Below are positions 27,213-38,519 of a DNA stretch of 64,000 bases, one piece after another (the first letter of the stretch is position 1; each line of letters begins with the position of its first letter). Where the stretch lies: assembly GCA_965213705.1 (NCBI GenBank), contig OZ243913.1:416001-480000 (forward strand). Direction: 5' to 3'. The notes beneath the pieces were generated by a model. That model made no database searches, was not told the origin of the DNA, and worked only from the letters and a program-made list of their open reading frames with translations. The position numbers were made by a program, and so were the translations under genes. This DNA comes from Trueperaceae bacterium (GTDB lineage Bacteria > Deinococcota > Deinococci > Deinococcales > Trueperaceae).

Positions 27213-27450
27213 TGTGGATAACTCTGTGGATAACTTGTGGATAACTTGTGGATAAGCTGCGGATAACTTGGACTTTTTGGGTGCCTGTGGATAGCTGTGG
27301 ATAACTCGAGGGGTTATCCACAGGCAAGGGCGAGTTATCCACAAAATTATCCACAGGCTGTTTACCCTCCTGGACGGCCCAAACCAGGGTTATCCACACT
27401 ATCCACAGGCCCTACTATAGATAGGTTTCTCAAATTAAAAGTTTAGATAA
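27213..27450. other. oriC: oriC: 12 DnaA boxes, GGCCC spacer, DnaA-trios and an AT-rich unwinding region
   Basis: TGTGGATAA orientation at 27213, 27225, 27236, 27247, 27258*, 27286*, 27296; TTATCCACA orientation at 27314, 27335, 27347, 27390, 27399* (* = one mismatch); lies between dnaA and dnaN. Confidence 0.95.
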
Positions 27451-27481
27451 CAGTCAACCTCTAAAGAAGGGATTCTCATAA

Positions 27482-28567
27482 ATGAAGGTCCATGTACCCA
27501 GAAAAAACTTAGCCGACAGCTTGAGTCATGTCGAACGCATCATCCCAAACCGGAGCAGCAACCCCGGACTAAGTTTGATGCGCATTGCAATCGCTGAAAA
27601 AACCATGACCCTGAGCGGCAGCAACCTAGACATCGACATCGAAGCGAAGATGGGCGCCGACACAACTGAAAAAGGCCACTTCGCCCTACCGGCTCAGGTG
27701 TTTGCGCAAGTGGTCAGGGCGTTGCCCGGCGAACTGGTAGAGCTGGAATTCAAAGAAAACGAGGTCGATATTTCTTCGGGCAGTTACGCGACGAAGTTGC
27801 AACTTGCCGAAGCGGGCAACGCGGTCAGTTTGGAGTTCCCCGATAGTTACCAGGGTTCGCTCGCCGCCTCCGAACTGGCGACCGCGCTCGGTCACGCCCG
27901 CTACGCCGCGGCGGTGGCCGAATACCAGGCGATTTTCAGGGGAGTCAAGCTGGAATTCTCCGACCGCAAAACGCGGGCGGTGGCGACTGACGGGTTTCGC
28001 TTGGCTTACTACAACTTGGAACAAGCGAGCGGCTTGGAGGGCGAGGCGGTGCTGCCCGCGCGCAGTGTCGACGAACTCACCAAATTGCTCGGTGACGGGG
28101 AAGCGCACCTCGCCCTAGCGGACGGGCAACTCTCGGTTGCCAACGGCGGCATCCGCACCAACCTCAAACTGATGGAAGGAACGTTCCCCGACTACGAGCG
28201 CGTGATTCCGGCCACGTTTCCGGTCAGCATCAGTTTAGAGGCGCAAGCCCTGGCCGAAGCGGTGTCGCGCGTGGCCGTGATGGCCGACAAGACGGCCAAC
28301 AACCGGGTCGACCTGTTTATCAAGGGTGGCACCCTCCAAATCACCGCCGAGGGGGGTTACGGGCGCTCTCGAGAGGCGCTACAAGTCTCCCAAGAGGGCA
28401 CCGACCCCGAAATCGTCCTGGCTTACAACGCCAAGTACTTGGGCGACGCGCTGGCACCGGTAACGGGCGAGGTGCGCTTGTCGTTTTCGGGCACGACTAC
28501 CCCGAGCGTGATGTCGAGTTTGAAAGACCCCAACTACCTGGCGATGATCGTGCCGTTGCGGTTGTGA
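27482..28567 (+). CDS. dnaN: DNA polymerase III beta clamp
   Basis: AVATDGFRLA, MEGTFPDYERVIP, AYNAKYL, MIVPLRL; follows dnaA. Confidence 0.96.
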   Translation: MKVHVPRKNLADSLSHVERIIPNRSSNPGLSLMRIAIAEKTMTLSGSNLDIDIEAKMGADTTEKGHFALPAQVFAQVVRALPGELVELEFKENEVDISSGSYATKLQLAEAGNAVSLEFPDSYQGSLAASELATALGHARYAAAVAEYQAIFRGVKLEFSDRKTRAVATDGFRLAYYNLEQASGLEGEAVLPARSVDELTKLLGDGEAHLALADGQLSVANGGIRTNLKLMEGTFPDYERVIPATFPVSISLEAQALAEAVSRVAVMADKTANNRVDLFIKGGTLQITAEGGYGRSREALQVSQEGTDPEIVLAYNAKYLGDALAPVTGEVRLSFSGTTTPSVMSSLKDPNYLAMIVPLRL

Positions 28568-28618
28568 GACACGGTTGTCACACACGGTTGTGAGGCGGAC
28601 TGCTGTGAGGCGGACTGC
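28559..28618. repeat. Short tandem repeats after dnaN (13-bp x about 3, then 15-bp x2)
   Basis: cggttgtgagaca/cggttgtcacaca/cggttgtgagg; tgtgaggcggactgc twice (28589-28618). Confidence 0.75.
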
Positions 28619-28798
28619 AGGGCTCGAGCGAGCCTGCTTGACTCGCAGTATTGTCAACCGGTTTTTTCATCGGTGGTCAAAACTCGATTACCATTCACAC
28701 AAAGAGGGCTCCCTTTTGGTTTCTTTGCACTTTGCTTAAGGTCGTAGGGTAGAGTGACGGCTGAACGGACTGAACGCAGGACACGAGCATTCGCTTAG

Positions 28799-31509
<2,711 letters not shown>

Positions 31510-31631
31510 TTAGAGTCCGCAGTCGGCTTTGGAAGCCGAAAGGGTGCAAGCTCGTAAGGTTTGCAACTTCCCCGAAGATAGACGGGTTTTCAAGCTGTCG
31601 AGGCTGGTACTCAGCTCGAGCCCACCGAACG

Positions 31632-32726
31632 CTACTCGTAGGACTCAACGGTTACACCCGTCGCCTTGTCAAACACGTGGCAGCTCGAGAAGTAGAACCT
31701 CAGCCGCTCCGGTAGCACTCGGTCAGGGTGTACAACGGCGGCGTGAAACGGCGCATCTCCGACCCGGCCGCTCAGCAGCGTGACGGGTTTGGTCGGCAGG
31801 TCGAGGCGTTCGGTCACGGTCGCTTCAACGCTGAACTCAGGACCGGGCTCGAGGCTCAAGTCTTCGGGCCGCACGCCCACAAGTTTGCCGCTGAGTCCCC
31901 TGCCGAGCGCGCCACCGACAAGTTCGCCGTCCAGCACGTTCAGCGCCGGGGTGAGCGGCTCGGGGTTTAGAAAGTTGGCGACGAACAAATTCCTGGGCAG
32001 GCGGTAAAGCTCGCGGTAGCTGCCCACCTGGGCAATCTTGCCCACGTCCATCAGCGCGACGACGTCGGCCAGCAGCAACGCTTCGGTTTGGTCGTGCGTG
32101 ACGTACAAGGTGGTAATTCGAAACTCGCTCAAGAGGCGTTTTAAGTTGACGCGGTACTTGTCGCGCAGGTTGGGGTCTAAGTTGCTGAAGGGCTCGTCGA
32201 GCAAAAACAGCGCCGGGTTTCGGGTGATGCAGCGCGCCAGGGCGACGCGCTGTTGCTCACCGGGCGACAACCCCTTGGGTTTGCGCCCCAACAGGTGAGC
32301 GATGTCGACGCCCATGAGGTCGCTCGTGCGCTGGTAGATGCGCCGCGCCTGTTCGTCTTTGGGCGTCTTGCCGCGAAAAAAGAAATAGGCCAGGATGTTC
32401 TTCTCGACCGTGAAGTTCGGGTAGAGCGCGAACGTTTGAAACACCATGCCGACGCGTCTGTCCCGAGCCGGCAACCGCGTGACGTCCTCGCCGCCCACAA
32501 AGACCTGCCCGCCGTCCGGCCGCACGAGGCCCGCGACGATTTTTAACAGGGTACTTTTGCCGCAGCCGCTCGGGCCGAGCAGGACGGTCGTGCGGCCGGA
32601 CGGCAGCGTCAGGTTGACGGGACCGAGGCCGAACGACGCCGACTCGGTGCTGGGCGGCCGTTTGGGGGTGCGTTCGCCGCGCGCGGCGAACCTTTTTTCT
32701 ATGTTTGAGAGCGTGACCGTCGCCAT
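31632..32726 (-). CDS. MalK-like ABC transporter ATP-binding protein
   Basis: Walker A GPSGCGKST, Q-loop MVFQ, signature LSPGEQQR, Walker B FLLDEP, YVTHD. Confidence 0.9.
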   Translation of the reverse strand: MATVTLSNIEKRFAARGERTPKRPPSTESASFGLGPVNLTLPSGRTTVLLGPSGCGKSTLLKIVAGLVRPDGGQVFVGGEDVTRLPARDRRVGMVFQTFALYPNFTVEKNILAYFFFRGKTPKDEQARRIYQRTSDLMGVDIAHLLGRKPKGLSPGEQQRVALARCITRNPALFLLDEPFSNLDPNLRDKYRVNLKRLLSEFRITTLYVTHDQTEALLLADVVALMDVGKIAQVGSYRELYRLPRNLFVANFLNPEPLTPALNVLDGELVGGALGRGLSGKLVGVRPEDLSLEPGPEFSVEATVTERLDLPTKPVTLLSGRVGDAPFHAAVVHPDRVLPERLRFYFSSCHVFDKATGVTVESYE

Positions 32727-32842
32727 TTGAAAAGCTTATACCGGGGGGGCGTGCGCGACGGTTCGGCACCTGCTTTTCGCGCTCGGGTCCAGCCTCCGGC
32801 ACACCGCAAAGCGTGCCGGCAAGACCGTCGCTCCAAGCAGGT

Positions 32843-33811
32843 TTAAGAGGCGACCGGCGAAGCCGCCGCTTCCGCGCTCAACGGGTGAGGGGTCGTCCGG
32901 GCGTCGGCGTACATGCGGCGGTCCGCCTCAACGACGACGGCGTCCACGTCGACGACGCCGTCGGTCTTGTAAAGCCCTATCCGGGCCTCGACCACCAGGA
33001 AACCGCTTTTCGTGGTGACGGGTTCTTCGAAAACTCGGCGCAGTCTGGTCTCTAAGTCGGGGGCCGCGCTCGCCGCGATAAACTCGTCGCCGCCGTACCG
33101 AAACAAGACGTCGCCCTGACGGAGCGTGCGTTGGAGGCGCTTGGCCGTAATCGCCAAAACCTCGTCGCCCACCGCGTGGCCGTAGCGGTCGTTCACAGCC
33201 TTGAAGTTGCGCAGGTCGATAAAAGCGAGGGTCAAACCGTCGCGCCCGCCCGCCTGCGCGAGTTCTTCCAAACCGGCCCGGCGCGTTAAAACGCCGGTCA
33301 GGCCGTCGGTACGGTGGTTGCGCCGCTCGAGCACCACCGACAGCGAGACCGCGCTGGCGACCACGACGCTGAGGGTCTGCACTACCGCGTAGGCGAGCGG
33401 CTGACTCGTTTCGCCCGCGTGGGCCATGAGCACCAGCCAAGCGGTGAGGCCGTAAAAAGGCAGAAGAGTGGGTTGGCCCTTGCGCAAGTTGGCGACGGTC
33501 GTCCCGATGAGCCAAACAGGCACCAGGGCTTCGAAAGCCGGAGCGTGCGAGGGCAAATGGACGAGGCCGACGAGGGCGGGCAGGTCGCCCAAGGTGAGTA
33601 AAAAGTCACTCGCCTGTTCGCTGCGCGAGCGCAAACCAAAAGACAAGCCATAAAGTGTGACCGCCGAGACACCGATGAAGCCCGCAAAAAACGCAAAGCT
33701 GTGAGAGAAAAAAAGCGTAACAGCAACGATGACGAGCACACGTAAACCGACGCGGAAAAGGTAGCGGCGGTTCGCTTCACGGCGGATGGAGCTGGCGACG
33801 ACGTTGTTCAC
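32843..33811 (-). CDS. Membrane-anchored GGDEF diguanylate cyclase
   Basis: About 5-6 N-terminal TMs; DGLTG, FIDLRNFKAVNDRYGHAVGD, RYGGDEF, ADRRMY. Confidence 0.9.
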   Translation of the reverse strand: MNNVVASSIRREANRRYLFRVGLRVLVIVAVTLFFSHSFAFFAGFIGVSAVTLYGLSFGLRSRSEQASDFLLTLGDLPALVGLVHLPSHAPAFEALVPVWLIGTTVANLRKGQPTLLPFYGLTAWLVLMAHAGETSQPLAYAVVQTLSVVVASAVSLSVVLERRNHRTDGLTGVLTRRAGLEELAQAGGRDGLTLAFIDLRNFKAVNDRYGHAVGDEVLAITAKRLQRTLRQGDVLFRYGGDEFIAASAAPDLETRLRRVFEEPVTTKSGFLVVEARIGLYKTDGVVDVDAVVVEADRRMYADARTTPHPLSAEAAASPVAS

Positions 33812-34051
33812 GCCACAAGTGTACGATGTTCAACAAAATTCACGAGCTAAAATTGTAACTCAGGCTTTATAAGCGAAAAATAAACAGAAGCCGCGCTTGC
33901 CAGTTCGTCCTAAAACTACCCGAAGTAGAACGTGCGGTTCTACCGTCACGGGCTTCAAAAAGGCAAAAAACCTCTTCCGACCCTGTTCAGCGCGTTGCTG
34001 CGCACGAACGCCGCTGCCTACACATGCCGCTGCGCACAGACACCGCATAAA

Positions 34052-35248
34052 TCATGGAGCGGGCGAAGGTTCAGTGCGTTGCAGCGTTTCCCGCACGCCG
34101 AAGGCGAACGTGGCTGCGGCCGCAGCCCCAACCCCCGCCATCACCACTGCCGCCAGTGACAAACTCAGCACGTCGGCCACCGCCCCGACAATCAGGGGGG
34201 CTCCGGTCGCGCCTCCGTCGCCGATGAGCCGCCACACGCCCAAAAATTCACCCAGCGCGTCCCGCGGCGCGAGGTCCGCGCCGAGCGTCATCATCGTGCC
34301 GGACCCCAAACCGTTGCCGAAGCCGATGAGCGAAGCGGCCAGCAACAGCGGGACGAAACCGGTCGTCACGGGAATGAGCAGCACGCCTACCGCCTGGAGC
34401 GCAAAACAGGGTACGATGGCGAACTTGCGGCCCCAGCGGTCCATGATGACGCCCGCCGGATAAAACATCGCCATGTCGACGAACGACGACACGCTCAACA
34501 CGAGCCCGACCGCCTCGACACCCAAGCCGAGTACGTCCGCTCCGTAGAGCGGGATGAGAATGCGGCGGCTGGCGCGCACCATCTGCGCCAACAGTTGCGC
34601 CGTACCTGCGGCGGCCAGGACGCGCCGCTGCGCTTTCAAAACGTGCCACAGGTTGTGCGTGGGCCGCTCGAGCGCGGAAGTCTCGAGCGGTTCAGCCTTT
34701 TCGATAAACAACAGCGCGAGGACGACCGTTACTCCGGCCAGCACGCCGTAAAGCACAAACGTCGCCCCGAACCCGAACATGCCTGCAAGCACCCCGCCCA
34801 CCGCCGGACCTGCAAACGTGCCCAGACGGTTCGTGCCGCCGAACAGCGCGATGGTGCGGCCGCGCTGGGCGCTGACCGTGGCCTCGGCCAAGTAGGCGTG
34901 CCGGGACAGGTTCCACAGCGCCCCGCCGACCCCGGCCAACAAGCGGTAGCCCAGCACCTCTGCAAGCGTGCTCGCCCACAGCAACGCCAGCACCGACACC
35001 CCGACGAGCGCGACGCCCAAGACCATCACCCACTTACGGTCCATGCGCCGCAGCAGACTTCCGGCGGGCACGTCGGCTAGTAAGGTGCCCAGGGCTTCAC
35101 CCGCCAGGACGAGCCCGATAAGGCTGTAGGCGTCGGTAAACGTGCCCGCGTAAAGAGGCAGGACGGGCAACAACAGCCCGTTGCAAAACGATAAAATGAG
35201 GGTCGGCAGGTAAACGGATAACAAAAGCTTGCTGAGGGTTTGGCGCAC
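34052..35248 (-). CDS. MFS transporter
   Basis: 12 TM; GVIMDRWGRK, MMTLGADLAP, FLGVWRLIGDGG. Confidence 0.9.
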   Translation of the reverse strand: MRQTLSKLLLSVYLPTLILSFCNGLLLPVLPLYAGTFTDAYSLIGLVLAGEALGTLLADVPAGSLLRRMDRKWVMVLGVALVGVSVLALLWASTLAEVLGYRLLAGVGGALWNLSRHAYLAEATVSAQRGRTIALFGGTNRLGTFAGPAVGGVLAGMFGFGATFVLYGVLAGVTVVLALLFIEKAEPLETSALERPTHNLWHVLKAQRRVLAAAGTAQLLAQMVRASRRILIPLYGADVLGLGVEAVGLVLSVSSFVDMAMFYPAGVIMDRWGRKFAIVPCFALQAVGVLLIPVTTGFVPLLLAASLIGFGNGLGSGTMMTLGADLAPRDALGEFLGVWRLIGDGGATGAPLIVGAVADVLSLSLAAVVMAGVGAAAAATFAFGVRETLQRTEPSPAP

Positions 35249-35328
35249 GGGGTCACTTTAACCTCAGTGAGGCTGAACGGAGCGGCTTAGAATCACCCAG
35301 AACGGTTGAGACGGTTGGGCTCGAGCCC

Positions 35329-36159
35329 CTACTTCAGCGCCCCCGAGGTGAGCCCCTTGACGATTTGCTTGCTCGCGAACAGGTACAGAACGAGCAGCGG
35401 CAGCGCTGTGATGGTCAGTCCCGCAAACAGCAGCGCCCAGTCGCTCTGGTGCTCACCGAAAAAGCTGAACAAGCCCAGTGGCAGCGTCTTGAAGCGTTCC
35501 GCCCGGATAAAGATGAGCGGAAAAAAGAAGTCGTTCCACCACGGGATGAAGTTGAAAATTGCCACGGTAGCGAGCGCCGGGCGCACCAGCGGCAGCATGA
35601 TTTGCCAGTAGATGCGAAACTCGCCCGCGCCGTCCAAACGGGCGGCCTCTTCCAGCTCTTTGGGTAAAGTCTCGAAAAAGTTGGCGAGGACGAAGATGGT
35701 AAAGGGCAGCCCACTCGCCGCGTAGACCAAAATGAGGGACCAGGGCGTGTTGAGCAGCCCTAAGTTTTTCATCAGAAAAAAGAGCGGCAAAATCCCCAAG
35801 CGAATCGGCAACATCAGTCCGGCCAAAAAGTAGATCATGAGCCACTGTTTGCCCCGGAAGCTGTAGCGCCCGAGCGGGTACGCGGCGAGGCTGCCCAAAA
35901 CGAGGACGAGCAGCAGCGACAGCCCCGTCACGAACACGCTGTTGCCGAAGTAGGTCGAAAAGTTGCCGCGGCCCCAAGCTTCGGTGTAGTTGTGAAAACT
36001 CCAGCTTTCGGGCAGGGCGAAAGGGCTGCGGAAAATCTCCCTCGTGCTCTTGAACGACGACAGCACCATTAAAAAAATCGGATAGAGGACGGTCAGGCCG
36101 TAAGCGACGAGCATCGTGTAGATAAGTGTTCCTTTGGTCAGGTTGAGTGCCTTAGTCAC
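35329..36159 (-). CDS. Carbohydrate ABC transporter permease (MalG-like)
   Basis: EEAARLDGA EAA motif, WNDFFFPL, GLTSGALK. Confidence 0.93.
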   Translation of the reverse strand: MTKALNLTKGTLIYTMLVAYGLTVLYPIFLMVLSSFKSTREIFRSPFALPESWSFHNYTEAWGRGNFSTYFGNSVFVTGLSLLLVLVLGSLAAYPLGRYSFRGKQWLMIYFLAGLMLPIRLGILPLFFLMKNLGLLNTPWSLILVYAASGLPFTIFVLANFFETLPKELEEAARLDGAGEFRIYWQIMLPLVRPALATVAIFNFIPWWNDFFFPLIFIRAERFKTLPLGLFSFFGEHQSDWALLFAGLTITALPLLVLYLFASKQIVKGLTSGALK

Positions 36160-36180
36160 TCAGTTCACGCGCCTTTCTGG

Positions 36181-36266
36181 AAAGTGGGGAGTGGGGAGTG
36201 GGGTAGTAGGGGCGAAAAGGCTTTTGACCTCACTTTTTACTTTCCACTCGGTACTCGGTACTTTCC
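36181..36266. repeat. Heptamer-periodic intergenic inverted repeat (GTACCGA family)
   Basis: aaagtgg ggagtgg ggagtgg ... cactttt tactttc cactcgg tactcgg tactttc. Confidence 0.7.
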
Positions 36267-36277
36267 CCGCACCACAA

Positions 36278-37222
36278 TCAGTCATACGTCACCTCGCCGC
36301 GCCGGACGATTCGCAAAAAAATGACCGAGACGAGCGCGATAAAGCCGAACATCGTGACAGCCAGCGTCGAGCCCATGCTGACGGCCTCTTGCCCGGTGCC
36401 GAAGGCGGTGCGGTAGAAAAACGTGCCGAGCACGTCGGTCGCGCCGCCGGGCGAGCCGTCCGAGCCGGCCATCACAAAGATGAGTTCGAAGGCGTTGAAG
36501 TTGCCGATGAAGGTCAGCACCGTGACGATGACGAGCGAGGGCCGGAGCAGCGGGAACTGGATATGCCGGAAAGTTTGCCAGGAACTCGCGCCGTCCAAGC
36601 GAGCAGCCTCCAAGTAACTCTCGGGAATGCTGCCCAAGTTCGCCAGAAAGAGCATCATTGGAAAGCCCAGCCAGGCCCAGGCGTTCACCGCGACGATTGT
36701 GGGCAGCGCGGTCGTCGGCGTGCCCAGCCAGGGCTGCGCCAGCACGCCGAGCCCGAGCGCCTTGAGCCCCTTGTTCAGCGGGCCGAACAGCGGGTTTAAG
36801 ATAAGGTTCCACAAAAAACCGATGAGCACCGTGGCGAGCAGGTGCGGCATGAAAAACAAGTTTTGAAAAAAGCGGCTGAGATACTTGAGGTTGTACAGCA
36901 CGACCGCGAAAAAGAGCGCCACCGTGTTCTGCACGAGCATGGTCAGGCCGAAAAAGACGAGGTTGTGCCAGAACGCCCGCCACAAGTTGCTGCGCCAGGG
37001 TTCCTGGGTGAAGAGCTTGACGAAGTTGTCCAAGCCTGAAAACGCGCCGCGCTGCAAACCCCGCCACTCGAACAGGCTGTAACTCACCGCGTTCAGCAGC
37101 GGCCAGACGATGAACAGGCTGTAGAGGATGAAGGCGGGTAGCCAAAACGGGGCGAAGCGCCAAAAAGGGGAGAGCTTGAAGGCTCTCCCTTTACCGGTTG
37201 CGGTTCGACCTCGAGCAGCCAC
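36278..37222 (-). CDS. Carbohydrate ABC transporter permease (MalF-like)
   Basis: GLDNF, LEAARLDGA, FNAFELIFVM. Confidence 0.93.
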   Translation of the reverse strand: MAARGRTATGKGRAFKLSPFWRFAPFWLPAFILYSLFIVWPLLNAVSYSLFEWRGLQRGAFSGLDNFVKLFTQEPWRSNLWRAFWHNLVFFGLTMLVQNTVALFFAVVLYNLKYLSRFFQNLFFMPHLLATVLIGFLWNLILNPLFGPLNKGLKALGLGVLAQPWLGTPTTALPTIVAVNAWAWLGFPMMLFLANLGSIPESYLEAARLDGASSWQTFRHIQFPLLRPSLVIVTVLTFIGNFNAFELIFVMAGSDGSPGGATDVLGTFFYRTAFGTGQEAVSMGSTLAVTMFGFIALVSVIFLRIVRRGEVTYD

Positions 37223-37240
37223 GATGTTAGGGCGTCAAGG

Positions 37241-38464
37241 TTAAGACGTGGGCGTAAACCAGGTCGCCATTTTGGTCTGCAGGTCGGCGGCGACCTCCTC
37301 GGGCGTCATGCTGTCTAAAAACAGCCTTTGGATGTCCTCGCCGATGACGGTTGTCCCCGACGGGTCGCCGTAGCGGAAATGAACGAGCAGCATGTAGGGC
37401 GTAGCGTTTTCTTTCCACATGCCGTCGATTTCGCTCAGCAACGGGTCGGTCGGCGTGACGCCCTCGACCGGCGAGAGGACAAGGAGTTTGTCGCTGTAGG
37501 CTTGTGCGTACTCTTTAGAGCCGAGCCAGTCGGCGAACTCGACGGCGGCGTCCTGGTCTTCGGCGCTGGTCGTCACGGCCCAAGCACCGTCGACAAACCA
37601 GGAGACCATTTTCTCGTCGCTACCCTTGGCCGGAACCGCAAAGACGCCCAACTCCAACTCCGGGTTTTGGGCGCGGAAGTAGGCCGCTTCCCAGGAGCCG
37701 CCCGGAAACATCGCGGCGAGTTCGTTGATAAAGAGGTTTTGGGTGTCGGTGTAGGACACCGCGGTCACGTCGGGCGGCATGAAGGGTTGCAGTTCTTTAA
37801 CTGCTGCCAAGCTCTCGACGAACGCGGGGTCGTCGAAGCTGCGGCTGCCGTTCAAAATCCCTTTGACGAAGTCGTTGCCGCCATAGCTGCCCGCGCCGAC
37901 GATGGAGTGAAAAATTGGCAGCATCCATGCGTCCTTGCCGGTAATCGCCAGCGGGATGTAGCCCGCCTCCAACAGCGTTTCGTTGATGGTGAGAAATTCG
38001 TCCCAGGTTTCGGGTTCGGACAAGCCCAACTCCTCGAAAATCGCCTTGTTGTAGTACATTTGCAGGGTTTGAATGGCGAACGGCACGCCGTAGACTTGGC
38101 CGTTTTCCTGGCTGCGCACCGCGTCGAGGGCGGTGGGGGAGAAGTTGCTCAAATCGACCTTGTCGTCCAGCGGCACGAGGTAGCCGCCGTCTATCCACGG
38201 CTTGACGCCGCCGTAAGAGCGGGTCATCACCACGTCGCCCGCCTCGCCCGCTTGCAGCGAGGTGGCGGTGAGGGTGTTGTATTCGGTGTTGAGAAACGCC
38301 TCGAAATTGATGTCGACGCCCTCGTGCTCGGCCTCGTAAGCGCTGAACAGTTCGTTGTAAGCGTCTACGTCCTCGGTGCGCCAGGACCAGGCGTCCAGGG
38401 TTTGGGCGAAGGCGGCGGAGAGCAGCAACACGGCAAACAAACTAGCGGCCAAACGTGATTTCAT
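37241..38464 (-). CDS. Sugar ABC transporter substrate-binding protein (family 1)
   Basis: Start MKSRLAAS (SD GGGAGG), signal peptide AFA-Q; VYGVPF, YYNKAIFEELGL..PETWDEF. Confidence 0.92.
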   Translation of the reverse strand: MKSRLAASLFAVLLLSAAFAQTLDAWSWRTEDVDAYNELFSAYEAEHEGVDINFEAFLNTEYNTLTATSLQAGEAGDVVMTRSYGGVKPWIDGGYLVPLDDKVDLSNFSPTALDAVRSQENGQVYGVPFAIQTLQMYYNKAIFEELGLSEPETWDEFLTINETLLEAGYIPLAITGKDAWMLPIFHSIVGAGSYGGNDFVKGILNGSRSFDDPAFVESLAAVKELQPFMPPDVTAVSYTDTQNLFINELAAMFPGGSWEAAYFRAQNPELELGVFAVPAKGSDEKMVSWFVDGAWAVTTSAEDQDAAVEFADWLGSKEYAQAYSDKLLVLSPVEGVTPTDPLLSEIDGMWKENATPYMLLVHFRYGDPSGTTVIGEDIQRLFLDSMTPEEVAADLQTKMATWFTPTS

Positions 38465-38486
38465 AGCAACCTCCCTTGATGGATAG

Positions 38487-38514
38487 AGCATACCAGTTGT
38501 AGACCATTTGTCAA
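38487..38514 (-). promoter_or_regulatory. Promoter TTGACA-N16-TATGCT with NagR/DasR-like operator
   Basis: Plus strand ATACCAGTTGTAGACCATTTG at 38490-38510; near-identical copy at 45215. Confidence 0.65.
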
Positions 38515-38519
38515 CCGGG

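Noticed and set aside
27213..27407. Repeated TGTGGATAA/TTATCCACA as a CRISPR array or plasmid iterons
   Set aside because: The units are 9-bp DnaA boxes between dnaA and dnaN; there are no spacers of CRISPR length and no cas or rep gene.
32843..33811. Degenerate, inactive GGDEF domain
   Set aside because: The GGDEF motif, the metal-binding D and the NDxxGHxxGD motif are all present.
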